A stretch of DNA of 64,000 nucleotides from Cenarchaeum sp. (GTDB lineage: Archaea > Thermoproteota > Nitrososphaeria > Nitrososphaerales > Nitrosopumilaceae): positions 448,001 through 512,000 of the forward strand of contig OZ242221.1 in assembly GCA_965206845.1 (NCBI GenBank). The letters are read 5' to 3'. This document shows positions 20,067 to 30,732 of this stretch, one piece after another; position 1 is the stretch's first letter; each line of letters opens with the position of its first letter. The notes beneath the pieces are model-generated. The model was not told the origin of the DNA. It worked only from the letters and a program-made list of their open reading frames with translations, and did not search any database. The translations under genes and the position numbers were made by a program.

Positions 20067-23000
20067 TTGCATCTTAATCTTAACTACGACATCATTTTTA
20101 GGCAATTTTCAAGAGGATCGTCCGGCGGCACATTTTGGTGCCTCCCTCCGAGGACGGCCCATCTAGCATTCGTACTGGCAGCCATGCTGGCCATGACGCT
20201 TGTAGTAGCATACTTGGGGGTAATACTGCACGCAGGCGAGCCCTGGCAGGTCACCGTGCTGAACCCCGATCCGTACCAGCCAGCCGCCATTACCTGGCCG
20301 ATTTTGGATCTGGCTACATCTGCGCTGCTGCCAGGATACGCGTTTGCGCAGGTTCAAGGTAGTATGCCTCCGACCTTTGATTCATCCGAACTTAACATCC
20401 TGACAGGAGTGCTAGCAATTACTTTTTCAGAAACAATAGACGTAACACCTGCAACAAACGTTGTTCCGACCAAGATACACATAAGAGAGTCAGGCAGTTA
20501 CACAGGTGGTATAACCTTGAGTGCCGGTGAGCTTGGTACTACTATTGCTGCTGTTGTTGCTGATGGCACTACAATCTCATTTACCCTGACTGCATCACAC
20601 CTTGCAACAGTTGCAGGACTGACTACGCCGGAGCTGACAATCGAGCCTGGAGCGGTACGGGACACATCTGGCAACACTATTGAGGGCACGTTTGATATCT
20701 CCACTGCCGTTTTTGTTAATGCCACTTCAATCAGATCACAGGAATCTTCTCCATCGGGCATGGCATTCTCAAATGACGGCCTCAAGATGTTTGTAATAGG
20801 TACTAGTGGAGATGACATAAACGAATACACACTGTCTACTGCCTTTGATGTTTCCGCTCTCAGCTTTGTCAATTCCACCTCCATTTCAACCCAGACCTCT
20901 TCTCCAACAGGTATGGCATTCTCAAATGATGGCCTCAAGATGTTTGTAGTGGGGTTTCAGGAACAAAACATAAACGAATACACACTGTCTACCGCCTTTG
21001 ATGTCTCCACCCGCGAATTTACCCATGACACATCAGTTCGATTACAAGAAGAGAAGCCAACAGGCATAACATTCTCAAATGACGGCCTCAAGATGTTTGT
21101 AGTGGGGTTTCGGGAAAAAAACATAAACGAATACACACTGTCCACCGCCTTTGATGTCTTCGGACGCGACTACTTTATCGATGCCTTCTCTGTCGCAACA
21201 CAGGAAAACGATCCACGAGACGTGGCATTCTCAAATGACGGCCTCAAGATGTTTGTAGTAGGTAGGAGTGAATCCGCAGTAATACACGAATACACACTGT
21301 CCACCGCCTTTGATGTCTCCACTGCCGCCTATGCTGATTCCTTACCCATCTCATCACGGGAAACTTCTCCAACAGATATGGAATTCTCAAATGACGGTGC
21401 CAAGATGTTTGTAGTAGGTATTAGCGGAGATGACATAAACGAATACACGCTAAACTCCGTCTATCCCATTACGGTGACAGCCATACCTCCAGACACCACC
21501 GCCCCCACACTTGCATCAATTGAGAGGTACAGCCCGGCAGCAGAAAACACCGGCAGCCAGACACTGGTATACAAGGTGACCTTCAGCGAGAATGTTACGG
21601 GGGTGGACACATCTGACTTTACCCTGTCTTCTGGCAGTACCGGGGGAGCAGGTGGCGGTACCAGCCCTGTTACCGGTATCTCAGGTTCAGGTGATGTGTA
21701 CTATGTGACAGTCTCTGCATTACAGGAAGGAACATACAACCTTGATCTTGTTTCATCAGGTCACGGCATCACCGATGCCGCAGTCAACCCGTTGACAAAC
21801 ACTACCCCCACCACCGGAACTGACCACACATACACAGTCGACACCACCGCCCCCACACTTGCATCAATTGAGAGGTACGGCCCGGCAGCAGAAAACACCG
21901 GCAGCCAGACACTGGTATACAAGGTGACCTTCAGCGAGAATGTTACGGGGGTGGACACATCTGACTTTACGTTATCTCTAGGCAGTCCCGGTTCCGGACA
22001 GTTCACGCAGACAAGAACGCCTGCCATTACCATACCCTACGATCAGATCGTGACGGACACCATCCTAGTTACCGGCTTCGGCACTGCCACATCCGTCTCT
22101 GTTGCAGTGGACATCACCCACCAATACATAGTCGATCTCAAGGTAGACCTCATCGCCCCTGACGGCACGGTTCAGACGTTGCACGGCAACTCAAGCGGTC
22201 CGGCCAACATAGACAAGACCTACACGCCTGACTTTGGCAGCGCCTCCATCGCAGGAAAGTGGATCCTGCAGATATACGACAACTACAGTGAAGACGACGG
22301 CATTTTGAACAGCTGGACGCTCGCAGTCAATTATGAGCCTGACACTGTCACCCATGCTACCTCGATATCAGGCTCCGGCGATGTGTACTATGCAACGCTC
22401 TCTGCCGCGCAGGAAGGGGCATACAACCTTGATCTTGTGTCATCAGGCCACGGCATCACCGATGCCGCAGCCAACCTGTTGACAAACACTACCCCCATCT
22501 CCGGAGCTGACCACACATACACAGTCAACACCGTACCTGCAGACGCCACCGCCCCCACACTTGCATCAATTGAGAGGTACAGCCCGGCAGCAGAAAACAC
22601 CGGCAGCCAGACACTGGTATACAAGGTGACCTTCAGCGAGAATGTTACGGGGGTGGACACATCTGACTTTACCCTGTCTTCTGGCAGTACCGGGGGAGCA
22701 GGCGGCGGTACCAGCCCTGTTACCGGCATCTCAGGTTCAGGTGATGTGTACTATGTGACAGTCTCTGCATCTACTGACGGGACATACAACCTTGATCTTG
22801 TGTCACCAGGCCACGGCATCACCGATGCCGCAGCCAACCTGTTGACAAACACTACCCCCACCTCCGGAACTGACCACACATACACAGTCAACACCGTACC
22901 TGCAGACGCCACCGCCCCCACACTTGCATCAATTGAGAGGTACGACCCGGCAGCAGAAAACACCGGCAGCCAGACACTGGTATACAAGGTGACCTTCAGC

Positions 23001-26000
23001 GAGAATGTTACGGGGGTGGACACATCTGACTTTACATTATCTCCCGGCAGCACTGGTAACCGTACCAGTTCCGGACAGTTCACGCAGACAAGAACGCCTG
23101 CCATTACCATACCATACGATCGGATCGTGACGGACACCATCCTAGTTACCGGCTCCAACGCTGCCACATCCGTCTCTGCTGCAGTGGACATCGTCCACCC
23201 ATACATAGACGATCTCAAGATAGACCTCATCGCCCCTGACGGCACGGTTCAGACGCTGCACGACCACTCAATCGGTCCGGCCAACATAACCCAGACCTAC
23301 GCACCTGACTTTGGCAGCGCCTCCATCGCAGGAAATTGGACCCTGCAGATATACGACAGATACAGTGCAGACGACGGCATTTTGAACAACTGGACGCTCA
23401 CAGTCAATCATGACTCTGACACTGCCACCCATGTTACCTCGATATCAGGCTCCGGTGATGTGTACTATGCAACGCTCTCTGCCGCGCAGGAAGGGACATA
23501 CAACCTTGATCTTGTGTCATCAGGCCACGGCATCACCGATGCCGCAGCCAACCTGTTGACAAACACTACCCCCATCTCCGGAACTGACCACACATACACA
23601 GTCAACACCGTACCTGCAGACGCCACCGCCCCCACACTTGCATCAATTGAGAGGTACAGCCCGGCAGCAGAAAACACCGGCAGCCAGACACTGGTATACA
23701 AGGTGACCTTCAGCGAGAATGTTACGGGGGTGGACACATCTGACTTTACCCTGTCTTCTGGCAGTACCGGGGGAGCAGGCGGCGGTACCAGCCCTGTTAC
23801 CGGCATCTCAGGTTCAGGTGATGTGTACTATGTGACAGTCTCTGCATCTACTGACGGGACATACAACCTTGATCTTGTGTCACCAGGCCACGGCATCACC
23901 GATGCCGCAGCCAACCTGTTGACAAACACTACCCCCACCTCCGGAACTGACCACACATACACAGTCAACACCGTACCTGCAGACGCCACCGCCCCCACAC
24001 TTGCATCAATTGAGAGGTACGACCCGGCAGCAGAAAACACCGGCAGCCAGACACTGGTATACAAGGTGACCTTCAGCGAGAATGTTACGGGGGTGGACAC
24101 ATCTGACTTTACCCTGTCTTCTGGCAGTACCGGGGGAGCAGGCGGCGGTACCAGCCCTGTTACCGGCATCTCAGGTTCAGGTGATGTGTACTATGTGACA
24201 GTCTCTGCATCTACTGACGGGACATACAACCTTGATCTTGTGTCACCAGGCCACGGCATCACCGATGCCGCAGCCAACCTGTTGACAAACACTACCCCCA
24301 CCTCCGGAACTGACCACACATACACAGTCAACACCGTACCTGCAGACGCCACCGCCCCCACACTTGCATCAATTGAGAGGTACGACCCGGCAGCAGAAAA
24401 CACCGGCAGCCAGACACTGGTATACAAGGTGACCTTCAGCGAGAATGTTACGGGGGTGGACACATCTGACTTTACCCTGTCTTCTGGCAGTACCGGGGGA
24501 GCAGGCGGCGGTACCAGCCCTGTTACCGGCATCTCAGGTTCAGGTGATGTGTACTATGTGACAGTCTCTGCATCTACTGACGGGACATACAACCTTGATC
24601 TTGTGTCACCAGGCCACGGCATCACCGATGCCGCAGCCAACCTGTTGACAAACACTACCCCCACCTCCGGAACTGACCACACATACACAGTCAACACCGT
24701 ACCTGCAGACGCCACCGCCCCCACACTTGCATCAATTGAGAGGTACAGCCCGGCAGCAGAAAACACCGGCAGCCAGACACTGGTATACAAGGTGACCTTC
24801 AGCGAGAATGTTACGGGGGTGGACACATCTGACTTTACCCTGTCTTCTGGCAGTACCGGGGGAGCAGGCGGCGGTACCAGCCCTGTTACCGGCATCTCAG
24901 GTTCAGGTGATGTGTACTATGTGACAGTCTCTGCATCTACTGACGGGACATACAACCTTGATCTTGTGTCACCAGGCCACGGCATCACCGATGCCGCAGC
25001 CAACCTGTTGACAAACACTACCCCCACCTCCGGAACTGACCACACATACACAGTCAACACCGTACCTGCAGACGCCACCGCCCCCACACTTGCATCAATT
25101 GAGAGGTACGACCCGGCAGCAGAAAACACCGGCAGCCAGACACTGGTATACAAGGTGACCTTCAGCGAGAATGTTACGGGGGTGGACACATCTGACTTTA
25201 CCCTGTCTTCTGGCAGTACCGGGGGAGCAGGCGGCGGTACCAGCCCTGTTACCGGCATCTCAGGTTCAGGTGATGTGTACTATGTGACAGTCTCTGCATC
25301 TACTGACGGGACATACAACCTTGATCTTGTGTCACCAGGCCACGGCATCACCGATGCCGCAGCCAACCTGTTGACAAACACTACCCCCACCTCCGGAACT
25401 GACCACACATACACAGTCAACACCGTACCTGCAGACGCCACCGCCCCCACACTTGCATCAATTGAGAGGTACGACCCGGCAGCAGAAAACACCGGCAGCC
25501 AGACACTGGTATACAAGGTGACCTTCAGCGAGAATGTTACGGGGGTGGACACATCTGACTTTACCCTGTCTTCTGGCAGTACCGGGGGAGCAGGCGGCGG
25601 TACCAGCCCTGTTACCGGCATCTCAGGTTCAGGTGATGTGTACTATGTGACAGTCTCTGCATCTACTGACGGGACATACAACCTTGATCTTGTGTCACCA
25701 GGCCACGGCATCACCGATGCCGCAGCCAACCTGTTGACAAACACTACCCCCACCTCCGGAACTGACCACACATACACAGTCAACACCGTACCTGCAGACG
25801 CCACCGCCCCCACACTTGCATCAATTGAGAGGTACAGCCCGGCAGCAGAAAACACCGGCAGCCAGACACTGGTATACAAGGTGACCTTCAGCGAGAATGT
25901 TACGGGGGTGGACACATCTGACTTTACCCTGTCTTCTGGCAGTACCGGGGGAGCAGGCGGCGGTACCAGCCCTGTTACCGGCATCTCAGGTTCAGGTGAT

Positions 26001-27956
26001 GTGTACTATGTGACAGTCTCTGCATCTACTGACGGGACATACAACCTTGATCTTGTGTCACCAGGCCACGGCATCACCGATGCCGCAGCCAACCTGTTGA
26101 CAAACACTACCCCCACCTCCGGAACTGACCACACATACACAGTCAACACCGTACCTGCAGACGCCACCGCCCCCACACTTGCATCAATTGAGAGGTACGA
26201 CCCGGCAGCAGAAAACACCGGCAGCCAGACACTGGTATACAAGGTGACCTTCAGCGAGAATGTTACGGGGGTGGACACATCTGACTTTACCCTGTCTTCT
26301 GGCAGTACCGGGGGAGCAGGCGGCGGTACCAGCCCTGTTACCGGCATCTCAGGTTCAGGTGATGTGTACTATGTGACAGTCTCTGCATCTACTGACGGGA
26401 CATACAACCTTGATCTTGTGTCACCAGGCCACGGCATCACCGATGCCGCAGCCAACCTGTTGACAAACACTACCCCCACCTCCGGAACTGACCACACATA
26501 CACAGTCAACACCGTACCTGCAGACGCCACCGCCCCCACACTTGCATCAATTGAGAGGTACGACCCGGCAGCAGAAAACACCGGCAGCCAGACACTGGTA
26601 TACAAGGTGACCTTCAGCGAGAATGTTACGGGGGTGGACACATCTGACTTTACATTATCTCCCGGCAGCACTGGTAACCGTACCAGTTCCGGACAGTTCA
26701 CGCAGACAAGAACGCCTGCCATTACCATACCATACGATCGGATCGTGACGGACACCATCCTAGTTACCGGCTCCAACGCTGCCACATCCGTCTCTGCTGC
26801 AGTGGACATCGTCCACCCATACATAGACGATCTCAAGATAGACCTCATCGCCCCTGACGGCACGGTTCAGACGCTGCACGACCACTCAATCGGTCCGGCC
26901 AACATAACCCAGACCTACGCACCTGACTTTGGCAGCGCCTCCATCGCAGGAAATTGGACCCTGCAGATATACGACAGATACAGTGCAGACGACGGCATTT
27001 TGAACAACTGGACGCTCACAGTCAATCATGACTCTGACACTGCCACCCATGTTACCTCGATATCAGGCTCCGGTGATGTGTACTATGCAACGCTCTCTGC
27101 CGCGCAGGAAGGGACATACAACCTTGATCTTGTGTCATCAGGCCACGGCATCACCGATGCCGCAGCCAACCTGTTGACAAACACTACCCCCATCTCCGGA
27201 GCTGACCACACATACACAGTCAACACCGTACCTGCAGACGCCACCGCCCCCACACTTGCATCAATTGAGAGGTACAGCCCGGCAACAGAAAACACCGGCA
27301 GCCAGACACTGGTATACAAGGTGACCTTCAGCGAGAATGTTACGGGGGTGGACACATCTGACTTTACATTATCTCCTGACAGTACGGGAGGGAGTGTCAA
27401 CAACACTTCCGGACAGTTCACGCAGACGCAGTCACCGTCGCTTGCCATACCTGACATGACCACAGTCTCTGACACCATCGCGGTACCTGACTCCGGGACT
27501 GCCACATCCGTCTCCATCTCAGTAGACATCACGCATACCTGGATAGGTGATCTTCTTGTGGAACTCATTGCCCCTGATGGCACGACCAAAACGTTGCACA
27601 ACCGTGAAGGTGGAGGTGCAGACGACATAGACCAGACATACACGCCGGACTTTGGCGGTGTCTCAATTGCAGGCACCTGGACCCTGCGGATATATGACGG
27701 TTTTAATGCCGATCCCGGCGTCCTGAACAGCTGGACGCTTACGGTCAATTATGACTCCGACACTGCCACCCATGTTACCTCGATCTCAGGTTCAGGTGAT
27801 GTGTATTATGTAACGATCTCTGCTGCGCAGGAAGGGACATACAACCTTGATCTTGTTTCGCCAGATCACGGCATTACCGATGCTGCAAGCAACCTGCTGA
27901 CTGACACCATCCCCACTGAAACTGACCACACATACACCGTCAGCACTGCTATCTGA
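20067..27956 (+). CDS. Giant repetitive surface protein (2629 aa): beta-propeller repeats, 14 Ig-like modules and 4 proprotein-convertase P-type domains
   Basis: N-terminal hydrophobic segment, 5x FSNDGxKMFVxG...INEYTL repeats, 14x TAPTLASIERY...YKVTFSENVTGVD modules, and 4 inserts with VDIxH.YI.DL..DLIAPDG...GxWxLxIYD motifs. Confidence 0.88.
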   Translation: MHLNLNYDIIFRQFSRGSSGGTFWCLPPRTAHLAFVLAAMLAMTLVVAYLGVILHAGEPWQVTVLNPDPYQPAAITWPILDLATSALLPGYAFAQVQGSMPPTFDSSELNILTGVLAITFSETIDVTPATNVVPTKIHIRESGSYTGGITLSAGELGTTIAAVVADGTTISFTLTASHLATVAGLTTPELTIEPGAVRDTSGNTIEGTFDISTAVFVNATSIRSQESSPSGMAFSNDGLKMFVIGTSGDDINEYTLSTAFDVSALSFVNSTSISTQTSSPTGMAFSNDGLKMFVVGFQEQNINEYTLSTAFDVSTREFTHDTSVRLQEEKPTGITFSNDGLKMFVVGFREKNINEYTLSTAFDVFGRDYFIDAFSVATQENDPRDVAFSNDGLKMFVVGRSESAVIHEYTLSTAFDVSTAAYADSLPISSRETSPTDMEFSNDGAKMFVVGISGDDINEYTLNSVYPITVTAIPPDTTAPTLASIERYSPAAENTGSQTLVYKVTFSENVTGVDTSDFTLSSGSTGGAGGGTSPVTGISGSGDVYYVTVSALQEGTYNLDLVSSGHGITDAAVNPLTNTTPTTGTDHTYTVDTTAPTLASIERYGPAAENTGSQTLVYKVTFSENVTGVDTSDFTLSLGSPGSGQFTQTRTPAITIPYDQIVTDTILVTGFGTATSVSVAVDITHQYIVDLKVDLIAPDGTVQTLHGNSSGPANIDKTYTPDFGSASIAGKWILQIYDNYSEDDGILNSWTLAVNYEPDTVTHATSISGSGDVYYATLSAAQEGAYNLDLVSSGHGITDAAANLLTNTTPISGADHTYTVNTVPADATAPTLASIERYSPAAENTGSQTLVYKVTFSENVTGVDTSDFTLSSGSTGGAGGGTSPVTGISGSGDVYYVTVSASTDGTYNLDLVSPGHGITDAAANLLTNTTPTSGTDHTYTVNTVPADATAPTLASIERYDPAAENTGSQTLVYKVTFSENVTGVDTSDFTLSPGSTGNRTSSGQFTQTRTPAITIPYDRIVTDTILVTGSNAATSVSAAVDIVHPYIDDLKIDLIAPDGTVQTLHDHSIGPANITQTYAPDFGSASIAGNWTLQIYDRYSADDGILNNWTLTVNHDSDTATHVTSISGSGDVYYATLSAAQEGTYNLDLVSSGHGITDAAANLLTNTTPISGTDHTYTVNTVPADATAPTLASIERYSPAAENTGSQTLVYKVTFSENVTGVDTSDFTLSSGSTGGAGGGTSPVTGISGSGDVYYVTVSASTDGTYNLDLVSPGHGITDAAANLLTNTTPTSGTDHTYTVNTVPADATAPTLASIERYDPAAENTGSQTLVYKVTFSENVTGVDTSDFTLSSGSTGGAGGGTSPVTGISGSGDVYYVTVSASTDGTYNLDLVSPGHGITDAAANLLTNTTPTSGTDHTYTVNTVPADATAPTLASIERYDPAAENTGSQTLVYKVTFSENVTGVDTSDFTLSSGSTGGAGGGTSPVTGISGSGDVYYVTVSASTDGTYNLDLVSPGHGITDAAANLLTNTTPTSGTDHTYTVNTVPADATAPTLASIERYSPAAENTGSQTLVYKVTFSENVTGVDTSDFTLSSGSTGGAGGGTSPVTGISGSGDVYYVTVSASTDGTYNLDLVSPGHGITDAAANLLTNTTPTSGTDHTYTVNTVPADATAPTLASIERYDPAAENTGSQTLVYKVTFSENVTGVDTSDFTLSSGSTGGAGGGTSPVTGISGSGDVYYVTVSASTDGTYNLDLVSPGHGITDAAANLLTNTTPTSGTDHTYTVNTVPADATAPTLASIERYDPAAENTGSQTLVYKVTFSENVTGVDTSDFTLSSGSTGGAGGGTSPVTGISGSGDVYYVTVSASTDGTYNLDLVSPGHGITDAAANLLTNTTPTSGTDHTYTVNTVPADATAPTLASIERYSPAAENTGSQTLVYKVTFSENVTGVDTSDFTLSSGSTGGAGGGTSPVTGISGSGDVYYVTVSASTDGTYNLDLVSPGHGITDAAANLLTNTTPTSGTDHTYTVNTVPADATAPTLASIERYDPAAENTGSQTLVYKVTFSENVTGVDTSDFTLSSGSTGGAGGGTSPVTGISGSGDVYYVTVSASTDGTYNLDLVSPGHGITDAAANLLTNTTPTSGTDHTYTVNTVPADATAPTLASIERYDPAAENTGSQTLVYKVTFSENVTGVDTSDFTLSPGSTGNRTSSGQFTQTRTPAITIPYDRIVTDTILVTGSNAATSVSAAVDIVHPYIDDLKIDLIAPDGTVQTLHDHSIGPANITQTYAPDFGSASIAGNWTLQIYDRYSADDGILNNWTLTVNHDSDTATHVTSISGSGDVYYATLSAAQEGTYNLDLVSSGHGITDAAANLLTNTTPISGADHTYTVNTVPADATAPTLASIERYSPATENTGSQTLVYKVTFSENVTGVDTSDFTLSPDSTGGSVNNTSGQFTQTQSPSLAIPDMTTVSDTIAVPDSGTATSVSISVDITHTWIGDLLVELIAPDGTTKTLHNREGGGADDIDQTYTPDFGGVSIAGTWTLRIYDGFNADPGVLNSWTLTVNYDSDTATHVTSISGSGDVYYVTISAAQEGTYNLDLVSPDHGITDAASNLLTDTIPTETDHTYTVSTAI
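20690..21470 (+). repeat. Five ~52-aa beta-propeller blade repeats
   Basis: The GMAFSNDGLKMFVVG / INEYTLSTAFDVS pattern occurs five times. Confidence 0.85.
23620..26650 (+). repeat. Near-identical 363-bp tandem repeat (8 full units plus the start of a ninth)
   Basis: Antisense ORF ends recur every 363 bp (23465, 23828 ... 26369), and the units are nearly identical at the nucleotide level. Confidence 0.95.
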
Positions 27957-28218
27957 GATAAATTAGATGTTCTGCATACTGCTTACATGCATGGCCACTT
28001 GGAGAGAGCGGGAGCTGGATCCCACAGAACAGCTGTTGAAGGCCCCGGGGGGTCGACCTAACCCCTTACGCCAGCCCCCGCAGAAGGCGGCTGCAACACA
28101 TCTTGGAGTGTCTCCGATGGATAGACATTCCGCTTTGGCGGAGCCCGTGGTTAGTCGCAGGGCGGACAGCCACTCCCCAAAGATAAAGCATCAAATATGG
28201 AAACACACTACTCGTAGT

Positions 28219-28653
28219 ATGAAGATAAATCACAAGCTGTTCAGGATGAACCGGAACCTGATCATCTGCCTGCTCGTGTCGACCGCAGTCTCGACCGTGG
28301 CGGCTCAGGCGATGGCAGGATACGCAAGCTACATCAACACGACAGTTGCCGTGGCCCTAGGCTACACGGCCTTCTTCGGAACGCTTCCCGTCCTGTTCTG
28401 GCGGGACAACAGGAGCCGCTACTCGCAGATGGACCGCAAATCCGTAAGGCATGAGCTTGCAAAGGTGATGTCGTCCATCGGCATCGGCGAGATCGTCTAC
28501 TTTGCGGTAATATGGCTCACGCTGTACTACCTCCTTGAGATCGGGATTGAGCCGTATCAGGCGGCCCTGATAGCCAAGGTGGCCGCGTCTGCCGTCTACC
28601 TTTCCGTGGTCTCGGTGATCCTCAAGGCCTCCAAGACCTTCCAGCCCGCATAG
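28219..28653 (+). CDS. Hypothetical 4-TM membrane protein
   Basis: MKINHKLFRMNRN... followed by four hydrophobic segments. Confidence 0.65.
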   Translation: MKINHKLFRMNRNLIICLLVSTAVSTVAAQAMAGYASYINTTVAVALGYTAFFGTLPVLFWRDNRSRYSQMDRKSVRHELAKVMSSIGIGEIVYFAVIWLTLYYLLEIGIEPYQAALIAKVAASAVYLSVVSVILKASKTFQPA

Positions 28654-28699
28654 GACCGGCGGCACCGGGAGCCGGTGCGGTTCCCCTCGCTCGCCGGCA

Positions 28700-29090
28700 C
28701 CGCTGCGGCCGTTCCCCGCAGACTGCCTTCGCGCCACCTCGAAGAGTCCTCTCTTCAGGGACTCCGCATCCCCTCGATGCCGAGGTACTTCTGGAACCTC
28801 TCCGTCGTCGGGAACGCCTCGGGCCTGCTGGCATTCTCGTGCCTGACAAAGCCGAGCTGCCCGAGTTCCATAAAATGCGGGCGCGCCGTGCGGTATGGCC
28901 GAGTTGGCAGCCTCCGCTGTCGCGTTTCGTAGCCACCTGGATCCCTGCTTTGTTATCCTGCACGTCTTGATGGTCTCCCCGCTGCCTCCCTGCGACGGCG
29001 CAATGCCCGCGTATGACACGAGCTTCTCCGGACTGCCGAACCTGTCGATATCAACCACCCCGGCGATGACCGTGAGTGTGGTCACGTGGT
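28700..29090 (-). pseudogene. IS110-family transposase remnant
   Basis: Transposase_20-type motif DIDRFGSPEKLVSYAGIAPSQGGSG...RITKQGSRWLR; fragment only. Confidence 0.8.
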
Positions 29091-29378
29091 TTTTCTGCAT
29101 CCGACGCACCGCAGGAGAATCTTTGCCCCATACAACCAGACATGAAAGACAGGCAGGCCTCGATAACACAAAGGGATTCAAACGATGCCGGGGAACTCTG
29201 TCCTTTGCGGCCGATGGGACGACTCCGTCAGAACTTGCGCCGGATGGAGTGCATCCGTGCTACCGAATAACCAAGATGCCTCATCCACGTTACGACGAAA
29301 TTCGTACATTTAGACCACAATCACAACGATATTCGTAAAGTATGTTTATATTCCGATGGCCAACCACCGAATTCTGCA

Positions 29379-30560
29379 TTGGAACCGAACCATTACGCCG
29401 ACATGTACAACGCGGCCGGCGCGGCGCCCAAGAAGATACGCATCCTGGACAGCACCCTGCGGGAGGGGGAGCAGCACCCTGGAATCACGTTCACCAACAA
29501 GCAGAGGATACAGATCGCGTGGATGCTGGACTACTTTGGCGTGGACCAGATAGAGATCTCGCCGGTGATATCGCCTGACCACCGGGAGGCCACAAGGACC
29601 ATCATAAAGCAGGGGCTTGCCGCAGACATCGTCTCCCACGGCAGGGCCCTCAGAGAGGACATCGACGTGTCAATCGACTGCGGCGCCCGGTGGGTTGCCG
29701 CATACCTCGGGATCTCAGACATACACTTGGCAGACAAGCTGAGGATAACCAGGGAGGAGGCGCTAGAAAGGGCAGTAGACACAGTCGAGTACGCCAAGTC
29801 GCACGGCCTACACATACGCTTTACCGTAGAGGACGGGAGCCGGGCCGACCCCGGGTTCCTGTTGGAGGTGTGCAGGGCCATAGAGGAGGCCGGCGTGGAC
29901 CGGATCAGCCTCCCGGACACCGTGGGGATAATGCGTCCTGCCGGCATGTACCGCTTTGTGGAGGGCGTGCGCAGGCAGGTAAAGGTACCGCTTGACGCGC
30001 ACGTGCACAACGACATCGGCCTTGCGCTGGCAAACGCGCTCGCCGCCTGCGACGCGGGGGCAGACCAGATACACACCACGATCGACGGCATAGGCGAGCG
30101 GACCGGCATACCGTCCCTGGCAGAGGTCGCAGTGGCCCTGACGTACCTGTACAGGTCTCCCAACGACCTTCGCCTGGACATGCTGCAGGATCTGTCGCGG
30201 CTCATCCAGGAGTACACGTCGGTTCCGCCGTACGACTCCAAGCCCATAGTGGGCGAGTGCGCCTACAAGCACAAGGCCGGAACGCACCTTGCCGCAATCC
30301 TGAGGAATCCCGCCGCCTACGAGCCAATCCCGCCCAGAATAGTGGGGAACCAGAGGAGGATCGTCTTTGGCGAGCTGGCAGGAAAGACGGGCGCCGCCTA
30401 CCTCATGGCGCTCCTGGGCCTAGAGAAGAGCGAGAGCGGCGCCAGGGAGGTGGCGGCAGGCCTCAAGGACCTCCGGATGGGCGACATGATAGACATACCC
30501 CTGGAGGACAGGCTGGAAAAAAAGATAATTAACGCCCATAATGGACAGGAGAAGGAGTGA
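29379..30560 (+). CDS. Homocitrate synthase (LeuA/DRE-TIM family)
   Basis: LDSTLREGEQ, PDTVG, HVHNDIGLA, GIGERTG, HKAGTH. No LeuA regulatory domain; lies directly upstream of lysW. Confidence 0.85.
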   Translation: MEPNHYADMYNAAGAAPKKIRILDSTLREGEQHPGITFTNKQRIQIAWMLDYFGVDQIEISPVISPDHREATRTIIKQGLAADIVSHGRALREDIDVSIDCGARWVAAYLGISDIHLADKLRITREEALERAVDTVEYAKSHGLHIRFTVEDGSRADPGFLLEVCRAIEEAGVDRISLPDTVGIMRPAGMYRFVEGVRRQVKVPLDAHVHNDIGLALANALAACDAGADQIHTTIDGIGERTGIPSLAEVAVALTYLYRSPNDLRLDMLQDLSRLIQEYTSVPPYDSKPIVGECAYKHKAGTHLAAILRNPAAYEPIPPRIVGNQRRIVFGELAGKTGAAYLMALLGLEKSESGAREVAAGLKDLRMGDMIDIPLEDRLEKKIINAHNGQEKE

Positions 30561-30564
30561 TAAA

Positions 30565-30732
30565 ATGACCAAATGTGAAGAGTGCGATGCCGACATCACG
30601 GTTCCCACAGACGCCTTGGAGGGGGAGATCATAACCTGCGCGGAGTGCGGTGCAAGCTTTGAGCTTGTCGGCACAGGCAGCGGATTTGACCTAAAGCCAG
30701 CCCAGACCGTAGGCGAGGACTGGGGACAGTGA
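30565..30732 (+). CDS. lysW: Amino-group carrier protein LysW
   Basis: CEEC...CAEC zinc ribbon and acidic composition; ends in EDWGQ. Confidence 0.93.
   Translation: MTKCEECDADITVPTDALEGEIITCAECGASFELVGTGSGFDLKPAQTVGEDWGQ

Noticed and set aside
21490-27300. Regular repeats as a CRISPR array or diversity-generating retroelement
   Set aside because: The units are 363-bp in-frame coding repeats with no unique spacers, no adenine-specific variation and no cas or reverse transcriptase gene.
22388-27748. Repeated 113-221-aa minus-strand ORFs
   Set aside because: They are antisense shadows of the repetitive adhesin gene.
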